Shown: positions 36,829 to 46,365 of the stretch, piece after piece
Position numbering within the stretch: the stretch's first letter is position 1
How the letters are laid out: every line of letters starts with the position of its first letter
Assembly: GCA_043740635.1 (NCBI GenBank)
Contig: JAYUBY010000323.1
Location: 1-50,872 of the forward strand
Origin: Alphaproteobacteria bacterium
Lineage (GTDB): Bacteria > Pseudomonadota > Alphaproteobacteria > Caulobacterales > Caulobacteraceae
DNA length: 50,872 bases
Reading direction: 5' to 3'
Made by a program: the position numbers and the translations under genes
The notes under the pieces: generated by a model
Databases searched by the model: none
Told to the model about the DNA's origin: nothing
The model's input: only the letters and a program-made list of their open reading frames with translations

Positions 36829-38349
36829 ATGCTCCGTTCATTTGCGAAAATGAGGCCAATTCAGCCGCCGCCAGCGAAATGGGCGGCGGCGGTGGGGGTT
36901 TTGGTCGCCTCAAGCCTGATGGTCGGAGGATGCGCGGTCGGGCCCAACTTCAAAGCCCCGCCCCCGCCTGACGTCAGCGGCTATACGCGCGAGCCTTTGC
37001 CGGCAGAGGCGACGGGCGCGCCCGTCGCAGGCGGCCAGTCCATGCGCCTGGTGAGCGGCGCCGACGTGCCGGCGCATTGGTGGACGGTCTATAACTCTCC
37101 CGCCCTCAATGCCATGGTCGAGCGCGCGCTTAAGGCCAATCCCGATCTCGAATCAGCCCAGGCGGCGCTGCGCCAAGCTCGCGAAGCCTACTATGCCCAG
37201 CGCGGCGCGCTTTTGCCGGCTGCATCGGCTTCCTACAATCTCACGCGTGAGCAGGCGCCAGCGACGCCGGCCCCCCCGCTTTCTTCAAATCAGGACCTCT
37301 TCACTTTGCACACCGCCCAGGTGAGCGTCAGTTACCCTCTGGACGTCTTTGGTGGCGTTCGACGCCAGACCGAAAGCGTTCGGGCCCAGGCGGAAAACCA
37401 GCGCTTCCAGACCGAGGCGGCCTACCTCAGCCTGACGACGAACGTTGTGGTGGCCGCTTTCCAGGAGGCCTCGCTTCGGGCCCAGCTGGCCGCGACAGCC
37501 GCCATTGTCGAGGACAACCGGAAGACCTTGGAGGTGATGCGCCGCCAGTTTGCGCTAGGCGAGATTTCGCGCGCCGATGTCGCCGCCCAAGAGACGGCCC
37601 TCGCCCAGGCGCAGCAACTTGCGCCGGTCCTCGAAAAGCAATTGGCCCAACAGAGGGACCTGATCGCGGTCTTGACCGGTGTCTTGCCGAGCCAGGCGAA
37701 GCTTGAGTACCTCGACCTCGCCGCCATCACGCTTCCGCGCGACCTGCCCGTCAGCCTTCCGTCTAAGCTTGTTGATCAACGCCCCGACATCAGGGCCGCC
37801 TCAGCGAATCTCCAATCGGCTAGCGCTCATGTTGGGGTCGCAATCGCGAACCGGCTGCCAAACCTGGCACTGTCGGCGAACGTGGGCGGGGCGGCCACGC
37901 GCGTCTCCCAACTTTTCACCAATGGAAACAGCTTCTGGTCGCTGAGCGGTGACCTGGTTCAGCCGGTATTCCAAGGTGGGGCGCTCTTGCACCGGCAGCG
38001 CGGGGCGGAGGCCGCACTCGACCAGGCCAAGGCGCAGTATCGCAGCACTGTGCTCTCCGCGTTCCAGAATGTGGCCGACACGCTTTACGCGCTCCAGGCG
38101 GATTCCCACGCCCTGCAGGCGGCCGTCGTCGCCGAACAGACCTCCGCAGAAAGTCTGACGATTGCCAAAAAACAGCTGGCGCTCGGTCAGGTGAACGGCC
38201 TGGCGGTCATCACCGCCGACCAGGCCTATGCCCAGACGCGACTCGCGCTCATCCAGGCTCAGGCCGGACGCTTTACCGACACCGCAGCACTCTTCCAGGC
38301 GCTGGGCGGCGGCTGGTGGGGTCGGTCGGAAACCTCCGAAACCCGCTGA
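36829..38349 (+). CDS. RND efflux outer membrane factor (NodT/OprM-type lipoprotein), copy 2
   Basis: Lipobox VGGC-AVGPNF, ANPDL, DVFGG, RPDIRAA, LFQALGGGWW. Confidence 0.94.
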   Translation: MLRSFAKMRPIQPPPAKWAAAVGVLVASSLMVGGCAVGPNFKAPPPPDVSGYTREPLPAEATGAPVAGGQSMRLVSGADVPAHWWTVYNSPALNAMVERALKANPDLESAQAALRQAREAYYAQRGALLPAASASYNLTREQAPATPAPPLSSNQDLFTLHTAQVSVSYPLDVFGGVRRQTESVRAQAENQRFQTEAAYLSLTTNVVVAAFQEASLRAQLAATAAIVEDNRKTLEVMRRQFALGEISRADVAAQETALAQAQQLAPVLEKQLAQQRDLIAVLTGVLPSQAKLEYLDLAAITLPRDLPVSLPSKLVDQRPDIRAASANLQSASAHVGVAIANRLPNLALSANVGGAATRVSQLFTNGNSFWSLSGDLVQPVFQGGALLHRQRGAEAALDQAKAQYRSTVLSAFQNVADTLYALQADSHALQAAVVAEQTSAESLTIAKKQLALGQVNGLAVITADQAYAQTRLALIQAQAGRFTDTAALFQALGGGWWGRSETSETR

Positions 38350-38474
38350 GGCGACTTGGCGGCCCGTCCGGGCATACCGGTTAATTCAAACATCCGTTGG
38401 GTTTCCGCCTTCCGCCCTGGAGGCCGCTGGGCTAGCGTCCGGCCCACTTCGAAGGACACCCCGGGAGAGCGGAT

Positions 38475-39476
38475 ATGAAGGCGCTGTTGAGCAAGGCTGT
38501 TGGCGGGCCTGAGACCCTCGTCTTTGAAGACGTGCCGAACCCCGAAGCCAAGCCCGGACACGCGGTGATCTCGGTCAAGGCGGTGGGCGTCAATTTTCCC
38601 GACGTACTCATTATCGAGGACAAATATCAGTTCAAGCCCGAGCGCCCATTCGCTCCGGGCGGCGAGCTCTCCGGTGTCGTGAAGTCGGTGGGTGAGGGCG
38701 TGACCAACGTCAAGCCGGGCGACCGGATCTTGGCCAACACCGGATGGGGCGCCATGGCCGAGGAGGTGCTACTACCCGCCTCACGGCTCTGGAAAATCCC
38801 GGACGCCATGCCGCATGACGTCGCCGCGGCGTTCATCCTGACCTACGGCACGTCGTATCACGCGCTGAAGGACAGGGGTCACCTCAAAGCTGGGGAGACG
38901 CTCCTGGTGCTGGGCGCGGCCGGCGGCGTGGGTCTCTCGGCCGTTGAGCTTGGCAAGGCTATGGGCGCGCGCGTTATCGCGGCGTGCTCGACACAGGAAA
39001 AGGTCGACCTGGCGATCAAGCACGGCGCCGACGCCGGCGTGGTCTATGGCCGGGGACCCTTCGACAAAGAAGGCCAGCGGGCGCTCGGCACATTGTTCAA
39101 AGACGCGTGTGGGCCGAATGGGGCCGACGTGATTTACGACGCGGTGGGCGGCGATTACGCCGAGCCGGCGCTCCGTTCCATCGCCTGGGAAGGCCGCTAT
39201 TTGGTCATCGGCTTCGCGGCCGGCGAAATCCCGCGCATTCCGCTCAACCTCGCGCTCCTCAAGGGCTGCGATATTGTCGGCGTGTTCTGGGGGACCTGGA
39301 CAGCCAAGAACCCGGTGGCCTTCGCGGCCAGTATCGATGATCTCCTGGCGCTTTACGCAGACGGCAAAATCAAGCCGCACGTCTCAGAACGCTTCTCACT
39401 CGAGAAGGGCGCCGACGCGATCGCCCATCTGGGCAGCCGCCAGGCGATGGGCAAGGTTGTCATCACGGTCGACTAG
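38475..39476 (+). CDS. NADPH:quinone oxidoreductase family protein (zeta-crystallin/MDR)
   Basis: GVNFPD, TYGTSYHAL, GAAGGVG, IYDAVGG, GFAAGEIP, GKVVI. Confidence 0.94.
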   Translation: MKALLSKAVGGPETLVFEDVPNPEAKPGHAVISVKAVGVNFPDVLIIEDKYQFKPERPFAPGGELSGVVKSVGEGVTNVKPGDRILANTGWGAMAEEVLLPASRLWKIPDAMPHDVAAAFILTYGTSYHALKDRGHLKAGETLLVLGAAGGVGLSAVELGKAMGARVIAACSTQEKVDLAIKHGADAGVVYGRGPFDKEGQRALGTLFKDACGPNGADVIYDAVGGDYAEPALRSIAWEGRYLVIGFAAGEIPRIPLNLALLKGCDIVGVFWGTWTAKNPVAFAASIDDLLALYADGKIKPHVSERFSLEKGADAIAHLGSRQAMGKVVITVD

Positions 39477-39895
39477 CTTTCCTCGCGCAGCCGCGCGATC
39501 GCGGTCTTCGCCGCGGCCCGGTGACTGGGTTTCACGTGTTTCCCAACGAGGGCCAGCACGGCCATGATCACGGCCGCGTCGTCGGTGTAACCGATGACGG
39601 GCAAGACGTCGGGGATCGCATCGAACGGCAGCACGAAATAGGCCAGGGCCGCGAACATCATCCCTTTGGCGTGGAGCGGGGTTTCGTCGTCTCTGGCGCA
39701 GAACCAGACTGCCAGGGCATCGGCCGCGAACGGTACGTGGGCTGCGACCTTGCGCATCTTCGGCCAGAAACCCCGCATGACGCGCTGTTCGTTCAGGCGC
39801 ATGACGTGAGGGACCAAGGCGCAGCTAGGATCGATCGGACCGCGCGGGTCAAAGTTTCCGTTTACGTAAGGTGACGCTTTTTCAGGACCGCTCAT
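39473..39895 (-). CDS. YkvA/DUF1232 family protein
   Basis: ALAYFVLPFDAIPDVLPVIGYTDDAAV. Confidence 0.92.
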   Translation of the reverse strand: MSGPEKASPYVNGNFDPRGPIDPSCALVPHVMRLNEQRVMRGFWPKMRKVAAHVPFAADALAVWFCARDDETPLHAKGMMFAALAYFVLPFDAIPDVLPVIGYTDDAAVIMAVLALVGKHVKPSHRAAAKTAIARLREES

Positions 39896-39949
39896 CGGGC
39901 TAAAGCCTCGGCTCCGTTGAGATCACAAGAGATCGGGAGCGCTACGTCC

Positions 39950-40732
39950 ATGCAACTCAATTCCTCCGTCGCCGCGGTTGTCACCGGGGGCGCTTCAGGC
40001 CTTGGCGAAGCCACGGTCCGCAAGCTGGCCGAACACGGCGTCAAGGTCGCCATCTTCGATATGAACGAGGAGAAGGGCGAGAAAGTCGCCAAAGAGGTCG
40101 GCGGGATCTTCTGCAAAGTCAACGTGACCTCCGAGGAAGAGGTCGATGCCGGCTTCGTAAAAGCCCGCGCCGCCCACGGCCAGGAGCGGATCCTGGTCTG
40201 CTGCGCCGGCACCGGCAACGCCGCCAAGACCGCCAGCCGCGACAAGCAGACCGGCGAAACCAAGCACTTCCCGCTCGATAGCTTCAACCTGATCATCCAA
40301 ATCAACCTGGTCGGCACGTTCCGCTGCATCGCCAAGTCAGCGAAGGGCATGCTCGACCTGGAGCCAACGGAAGACGGCGAGCGCGGGGCGATCGTGAACA
40401 CCGCCTCGGTCGCCGCGGTCGACGGTCAAATGGGCCAGGCGGCCTACTCAGCGTCAAAAGGCGGCATCGTGGGCATGACCTTGCCCATCGCGCGCGATCT
40501 GGCTGGCGACGGCATCCGGGTGAACACCATTCTGCCCGGCATCTTCAACACGCCCCTGATGCAGTTCGCGCCGGAAGCGGTGAAGGCAGGCCTCGCCGCC
40601 TCGGTGCCGTTCCCCAAGCGCCTAGGCAATGCGCCGGAATATGCCTCGCTCGCACTGGAAATGATCACCAACAGCTACTTCAACGGCGAACACGTCCGCC
40701 TGGACGGCGCCATCCGAATGGCGCCGCGCTAG
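39950..40732 (+). CDS. SDR oxidoreductase, 3-hydroxyacyl-CoA dehydrogenase type-2 (HSD17B10-like)
   Basis: VTGGASGLG, NTASVAA.DGQMGQAAYSASKGG, MTLPIARDL, PFPKRLG, NGEHVRLDGAIRM. Confidence 0.94.
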   Translation: MQLNSSVAAVVTGGASGLGEATVRKLAEHGVKVAIFDMNEEKGEKVAKEVGGIFCKVNVTSEEEVDAGFVKARAAHGQERILVCCAGTGNAAKTASRDKQTGETKHFPLDSFNLIIQINLVGTFRCIAKSAKGMLDLEPTEDGERGAIVNTASVAAVDGQMGQAAYSASKGGIVGMTLPIARDLAGDGIRVNTILPGIFNTPLMQFAPEAVKAGLAASVPFPKRLGNAPEYASLALEMITNSYFNGEHVRLDGAIRMAPR

Positions 40733-40757
40733 ATCACCGTCTTCCGGAAGAACTTCG

Positions 40758-40782
40758 CCACGTCCGCGTGAGGCGGACGTGG
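40758..40782. terminator. GC-rich hairpin downstream of the SDR gene (terminator or REP-like)
   Basis: CCACGTCCGC-GTGAG-GCGGACGTGG perfect 10-bp stem; no clear U-tract. Confidence 0.5.
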
Positions 40783-41035
40783 AACGCGGCGCGGTTAATT
40801 CCGTCGCCGCAAAGCGAGGGCGCGGCCTTGGCCAGCGCGGACGTCCCAAGTCGAAGATTTGAGGGATTGCCGTCGTTCGGAAAGTCGGCTTTCGGCATTT
40901 CCCGAGCCCAGCTGCCGGACAGCCCGCTTGTCACGGCCTCGCAGTCAGGCCTGGGCTTGACGGCGAAACTTGGAGCGCGCGCAATGGTTGCATCTGATCC
41001 GACCACAGCGTGGGCGGCAGCGGCAGGGGACGGTG

Positions 41036-41631
41036 GTGCGGCAAGTGGTGAGCTGGGGTCCGGTGGCGCTAACGGTCTCGGCGAGCGCTATGTTGTTGGG
41101 CGCCGAGCCCGTCGCGCCTAAGTCCTTGCCGCCCTTGCCCTGCCGCCCGTTCCGTACCAGGCGCTGCCACCATTCCTCGCGCGGCTCACAATCTCGGGTG
41201 ACACCAAGATGACGTGCGTGTTCGAGGAGTGCATGGACCTCAATGTGTCTCGAGAGTCCGCCCGAGCGCTGGCGAGGGCCCGACCGGCGGACGCGCCGTC
41301 GTCCCTGACCGGATGCACCAACAGACATGAGATGCGGCCAGACGGGTCAATCCATCGCGAGATAAGCTGCGACCCGTCGAAAGGCGCTAAGAGCAGCATC
41401 CGAATGGTCAGCGATGGGACGCCGAGCGATCTGCGCATGCATGTGGAGCGATACGACTTCGATGCTGCGACGGGGGCTCCGAAGACGACGACCTACGACT
41501 CCCACATGGTCCGCCTGGGGCCATGTCCGGCCGACCTCGAGCCTGGCCAGATGAGGCGCCCGGGCGGGCCGATCATCGATAGAGGTGCGGTGGCATGGCT
41601 TCTAGAGGACGCCCGAGGCGCAACACCGTAA
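41036..41631 (+). pseudogene. Secreted Cys-containing protein (DUF3617-like layout), frameshifted at ~41125-41150
   Basis: GTG after AGGGGA gives a signal peptide (RQVVSWGPVALTVSASAMLLGAEP). The body (LPPVPYQALPPFLARLTISGDTKMTCVFEECMD...RLGPCPADLEPGQM) is in another frame that has a TAA just upstream. Confidence 0.55.
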
Positions 41632-41848
41632 GGCGGCGCGAGAGCGGATCACGTCATGCGGACCCCAGCTAACATCCTATGGGTCTGCGCAGGTGGCCGC
41701 CATCGGTGGCCGAGAAAGAACGGTGGATTTGACGATTGTAAATTGACTATAAAATTGCTCTCAATTACGGCTGTATCTTGTCCCGTGTAGGCCTTCATTT
41801 GGCCACCCAGAGTTGAGTGATTGAGTGCTTCGGGGAGGCACGCCGCCG

Positions 41849-44131
41849 ATGGCTGGCATGAGGATTTCGCGCGTCGTCCTGATGGCCGCGGGGTGCACGC
41901 TGGCGGGCGCAAGCTTCGCCATGGCGCAAAGCGATCCGCCGAAGCCGGCTGACGTCGCACCGGCCGCCTCCGCCCCGGCCGCGCCCGTCAAGCGGGAGCA
42001 AAAGGCCAAGGCCGCCCCGCCGGCCAAGCCGCCGGCGAAAGGGCACACGGTGGACACTATCACCGTCACCGGCGCCGCCCCCCCGGAGGTCGAGACCTCC
42101 ATCGACAGGAAGAGCTACACGATCGGCAAGGACCTGGCCGCGTCCTCCGGGTCCGTCGCCGACGCGCTGAAGGATTTGCCGTCGGTGGAGGTCGACGCAC
42201 AAGGCGCGCTCAGCCTGCGTGGCGATCCCAACGTCACGATCCTGGTGGACGGCAAGCCCTCGGCGTCCTTCGACGGCGCCGGTCGGGTGGATGCTCTGCA
42301 GCAGCTGCCCGCCGACCAGATTGAGCGGATCGAAGTAATCACCAATCCCTCCGCGGCGCTGAACCCGGAAGGCTCCGGCGGGGTGATCAACCTGATCACC
42401 AAGAAGAGCCGCGGGGCGGGCTTTACCGGCTCAGCCTACTCCACCATCGCCAGCGCCGGGCTGAAGCGGGCGGGCGTCAATTTCGGCTACAATTCGCCGA
42501 AACTTGCGGTGACCGGATCACTCGCCGGCAACTACCAGAACAACAAGCAGCACGGCGACGCCGAGCGCATCGCCGTCGATCCCAGCACCAGCGCCTTCGT
42601 AAAGAACAGCAACGTTTTCATCGGCCGCAATCTCTCGCGTGGGCCCACGGCGCGGCTGTCGGCCACCTACACGCCGGAAGACAAGGACCAGTTCACCGGC
42701 TCTGCCACCTACAACGAACTCCTGCAGCAGGGACACCCGGACAACGTCTACACCACCGACGGCCCGGACGGCTTACCCGCCAACATCCTGCACCAGCACG
42801 CCGAGCGCCGCGGGTTGAACCTGGAAAAGAGCCTGAACGCTGGCTGGCGGCACACCTTCGCGGAGGGCCACGACCTGTCGGTCGACGCGATCTACAACGC
42901 CTCGGAATATCACAACAACTACCTCTACATGTCCGAGTTGCTGCTGCCGGTCGCTGCGGTCCCGCTGGAGGCGACGCGGAACGATGAGGGCGACCATCAC
43001 GCGGAGCTTCGGATCGGCTACGACCAGCGCCTGTTGGGGGGATCGCTGAAGGCCGGCTACGAACTGAAGCACGACGACAACGACCTGAGCTTCACAGACC
43101 AGATGGGCCCGACCCAGGAGACCCTCACCCCGGTTAGTAGTCTCGCGAACCACTTCCTGCTGCACCAGACGGTCAACGCAGCCTTCGCCACGTATGAGCG
43201 CGCTTTCGGCGACCTGAGCGTCCAGGCAGGCCTGCGACTGGAGGAACTCGATCTGCGGCTCGCCCAGGCAACCTCGGGCCAACGTAATGGACAAGACTAT
43301 TTCAAGGCCTATCCGAGCCTGCACTTCGCCTACAAACTCGATGACGACCGCAAGGTCACCGCCAGCTTTTCCAGCCGCGTGCAGCGCCCGCCGGCCTTCT
43401 TGCTCAACCCGCTGCTGCAGGTCCTAGACGCGCGCGAAGTGGCGGTGGGCAACCCGGACCTGAAGCCGGAGGAGACCCAATCCTACGAGTTCGGCTACGA
43501 GCAGCGGCAGGGCCAGACGACCTACACCGCCACGCTCTACTACCGGCGCAAGATCAACCAGATAAACCAGATCGAGAGCCAGCTAGGCGACGGCATGGTG
43601 GAGTACAGCTTTGGCAACATTGGCAGCAACCAGGCCACCGGATTAGAACTAGGCGCCAACGGCAAGCTGACACCAACGCTCAGCTATAGCGCCTCGACCA
43701 ACATCTCCTGGAATCACATTTACACGGCGAACCTGGTGCCGAACGACCCATCGGCCTCCTCTTACGCCATGGGCGGGCGGCTGAACCTCAACTGGCAGGC
43801 GACGCGCAACGACATGCTGCAGTTCAACGCCAGCGCCGGGCCGCGACGGCTGATCGCCCAGGGCTTAATCCTGTCCAACTATGCGGTGAACCTCGGCTGG
43901 CGGCACAAGCTCAACGACCGCCTCACCGCCACGATTGCGGCGCAGGACTTGCTGGCCACCAACAAGTTCCAGCGGCGGCTGGACACGCCCACCTTTGTGG
44001 AACGCTTCGACGGCCTCAACGTGACCCGCGCGGTGTTCTTCCGCCTCGACTACCGGTTCGGTGGGGCCGGCGGCAAAGCGCCAAAGGAGCCGAGCTTCGA
44101 GTATGAGAATGGCGGCCCTCCGCCCGGCTGA
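41849..44131 (+). CDS. TonB-dependent outer membrane receptor
   Basis: Signal peptide, TonB-box-like DTITVTG, plug (LPSVEVD, LRGDPNVTILVDGK, IERIEVITNPSA, GGVINLITKK), GNPDLKPE, C-terminal FRLDYRF. Confidence 0.95.
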   Translation: MAGMRISRVVLMAAGCTLAGASFAMAQSDPPKPADVAPAASAPAAPVKREQKAKAAPPAKPPAKGHTVDTITVTGAAPPEVETSIDRKSYTIGKDLAASSGSVADALKDLPSVEVDAQGALSLRGDPNVTILVDGKPSASFDGAGRVDALQQLPADQIERIEVITNPSAALNPEGSGGVINLITKKSRGAGFTGSAYSTIASAGLKRAGVNFGYNSPKLAVTGSLAGNYQNNKQHGDAERIAVDPSTSAFVKNSNVFIGRNLSRGPTARLSATYTPEDKDQFTGSATYNELLQQGHPDNVYTTDGPDGLPANILHQHAERRGLNLEKSLNAGWRHTFAEGHDLSVDAIYNASEYHNNYLYMSELLLPVAAVPLEATRNDEGDHHAELRIGYDQRLLGGSLKAGYELKHDDNDLSFTDQMGPTQETLTPVSSLANHFLLHQTVNAAFATYERAFGDLSVQAGLRLEELDLRLAQATSGQRNGQDYFKAYPSLHFAYKLDDDRKVTASFSSRVQRPPAFLLNPLLQVLDAREVAVGNPDLKPEETQSYEFGYEQRQGQTTYTATLYYRRKINQINQIESQLGDGMVEYSFGNIGSNQATGLELGANGKLTPTLSYSASTNISWNHIYTANLVPNDPSASSYAMGGRLNLNWQATRNDMLQFNASAGPRRLIAQGLILSNYAVNLGWRHKLNDRLTATIAAQDLLATNKFQRRLDTPTFVERFDGLNVTRAVFFRLDYRFGGAGGKAPKEPSFEYENGGPPPG

Positions 44132-44301
44132 GCCGCGCGTTCCCAACGAAGGCGCCGCGTCCGGATGGGTCGCCGACTGGGACCGATCAATCACACGGGT
44201 GAGTTGGGGGCGGAACTACCGACATCGCCAGGTGCCAACGCTGAGGGCTGACGCGCCGAGTTCGGGAGCTGTAGCGTGCGTATCTAACCCTTGGAGGGGC
44301 C

Positions 44302-44766
44302 ATGCCGACCATCCTCTTCTGTGCAGCGCTGGCTTGGGCGCTGATAGTGTTTGCGCCGAACAGCGCGCCGGGCCGGGCACTTAGCCGGATGCTGGTCGAG
44401 AAGCCCGCGCGGTTGCTGTCAATACTGGCCTTCGGACAACTGATCTGGGCGGTCCTGATCATGTGCATGATCTGGGGCCTATTCGCCTTGGCCCGGACGG
44501 AGGCCTCCTTCCTCCTCGCCCAAGGTCTGCCGGAGGTTGTGGGTTGGTTCGTGACTCTCGACGGAGCGAGCATTGTAGACGCCCTCGCCCTCGCTTTCGT
44601 CCTCGCCGCCAGAGTGGGGCTAAGGGCGGCTAAGGCAGCGGCGAGCACTAATTCCCGTCTGATAAGGACGCGGTTCTTGCGCGCCCACCGAACGCCGCGC
44701 CGCCCGCGCAAGCCGCAGGCTCCCGCCAACGAAGACGAGCCGGCGGTGTTCGCCGTCGTCGCCTAA
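44302..44766 (+). CDS. Hypothetical membrane protein
   Basis: GGAGGGG RBS, several hydrophobic segments, basic tail ending PANEDEP. Confidence 0.75.
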   Translation: MPTILFCAALAWALIVFAPNSAPGRALSRMLVEKPARLLSILAFGQLIWAVLIMCMIWGLFALARTEASFLLAQGLPEVVGWFVTLDGASIVDALALAFVLAARVGLRAAKAAASTNSRLIRTRFLRAHRTPRRPRKPQAPANEDEPAVFAVVA

Positions 44767-44995
44767 CTGGCGTCGAAACGTCGACCTTCTCTATGTCCGC
44801 AGCGGAGCCGCACGCGGACTTCGCTGAAATAGCGGACGAGGCCCTCGATGAAGCTTGCGGCCCGCAATCACCCCGCCAGGCTGGCGATCGAGGCAAAGAC
44901 TCTCCTCAGGGCGCTCGAAGCGGCGTAGGGATCGAACGAACTGATCGGCGGTCCGCTCGGCGCGGACAGTCAGCCCGCCGCAAACGAAGGCCTGA

Positions 44996-46135
44996 ATGCC
45001 CACGTCCGAGCCTACTGTCGCCCGCAACGCGTCCGTCATCTTGGCGGTGATCGCGGGCGGGGCGACGCTCTACGTACTTGCTCCGATCCTGACGCCGCTG
45101 GCGCTGGCCATGTTCCTGGCCGTGATGATCGACGGCTTCGCCCGCGTACTCGAGCACCGCCTGCCGCACGTCTCGCGCAAGGCCGCCTTGCCGCTGGCCT
45201 TGCTGATCTCGCTACTACTGTTCGGCGGCACGGCCTTTTTCGTTGCAATGAATGGCGCTGGGTTCGTGACCCAGTTGGCGGCGTATGGGCCAAAGCTCGA
45301 CGGGGTGATGGCCCAAGTGGCAGCCATGGCCCATCTTCAGACGACGCCGACCGTCGCCAGCATCGTCCGCGGCCTCGACGCCTCGAAGTACCTTGGCATC
45401 GCCGCGAGCGCGGTTCGGGACTTCGCCTCCACGGCGTTGTTCGTCCTGGTCTACTTGGCCTTCATCATTGCCTCACGGCGTGGCTGGGAGCGAAAGGCTA
45501 TCGGCTTGTTCCCGCATCGCGATGAGCGCCAAGAGGCCGTCGTGGCGTTCTTGCGTATCCGTGATGGGGTCGAGCAATATTTGTTCGTCCAGACCATCAC
45601 GGGCCTGATGGTGGCGGGGCTGTCGTGGATCGCTATGGCCGCGGTGGGCCTGCACGACTCGTTGTTCTGGGCGTTTTTGATCTTCCTGGCAGTCTACATT
45701 CCGGTAGCCGGCGGCGTCTTCGCAGGCGTTGCGCCGCCGCTTTTCGCTCTGGTCCAGTTTGACGGCTTTGGCCGGGCGATCATTCTCTTTGGGGCCTTGC
45801 AGCTAATCGGGATCATAATCGGCAACGTCGTCTATCCGCGGATGCAGGGCCGCAGCCTGAACCTCGATCCCGTGATGATCCTGCTGTCCCTGGCCTTCTG
45901 GAGCGCGATCTGGGGCGTGACGGGCGCCTTTCTTTCGACGCCGCTCACGGTCATGGCCATGGTGATCCTGGCCCAGTTCGACGGCAGTCGTTGGATCGCC
46001 GTGATCCTGTCAGCCGACGGCGATCCGCAGCAGTTGAAGAACAAGCGACCGAACGAACCGCCCGATGAGAAGCTTCATCCAACCATCCCGGCAACACCTA
46101 CCAAGGTGACGGGCCGCGACTCCAAACAACTTTGA
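44996..46135 (+). CDS. AI-2E family transporter
   Basis: ILTPLALAMFL, YIPVAG, GNVVYPRMQGRSLNLDPVMILLSLAFWSAIWGVTGAFLSTPLT. Confidence 0.93.
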   Translation: MPTSEPTVARNASVILAVIAGGATLYVLAPILTPLALAMFLAVMIDGFARVLEHRLPHVSRKAALPLALLISLLLFGGTAFFVAMNGAGFVTQLAAYGPKLDGVMAQVAAMAHLQTTPTVASIVRGLDASKYLGIAASAVRDFASTALFVLVYLAFIIASRRGWERKAIGLFPHRDERQEAVVAFLRIRDGVEQYLFVQTITGLMVAGLSWIAMAAVGLHDSLFWAFLIFLAVYIPVAGGVFAGVAPPLFALVQFDGFGRAIILFGALQLIGIIIGNVVYPRMQGRSLNLDPVMILLSLAFWSAIWGVTGAFLSTPLTVMAMVILAQFDGSRWIAVILSADGDPQQLKNKRPNEPPDEKLHPTIPATPTKVTGRDSKQL

Positions 46136-46365
46136 TCCGCCAAACCTCACCCAGGGGACTTCAACTTGCGATTTCGGTTCCTATGTAAGGAAGGCCCCGG
46201 GCTGAAACGGTCCGGCGCCTGTGTCCGCTACCCCCCAAGCGTGCGGATGCAGCGAGCAAAGAGCGTTCCGCCGCCCCCCCACGGCGGGACCAAACGGCGC
46301 CGGACGCTCTCCTCCGGCGCCGTCCTCGTATCTGCAAACATCCTTGCTCAGAGCGGAGGCGTCCT

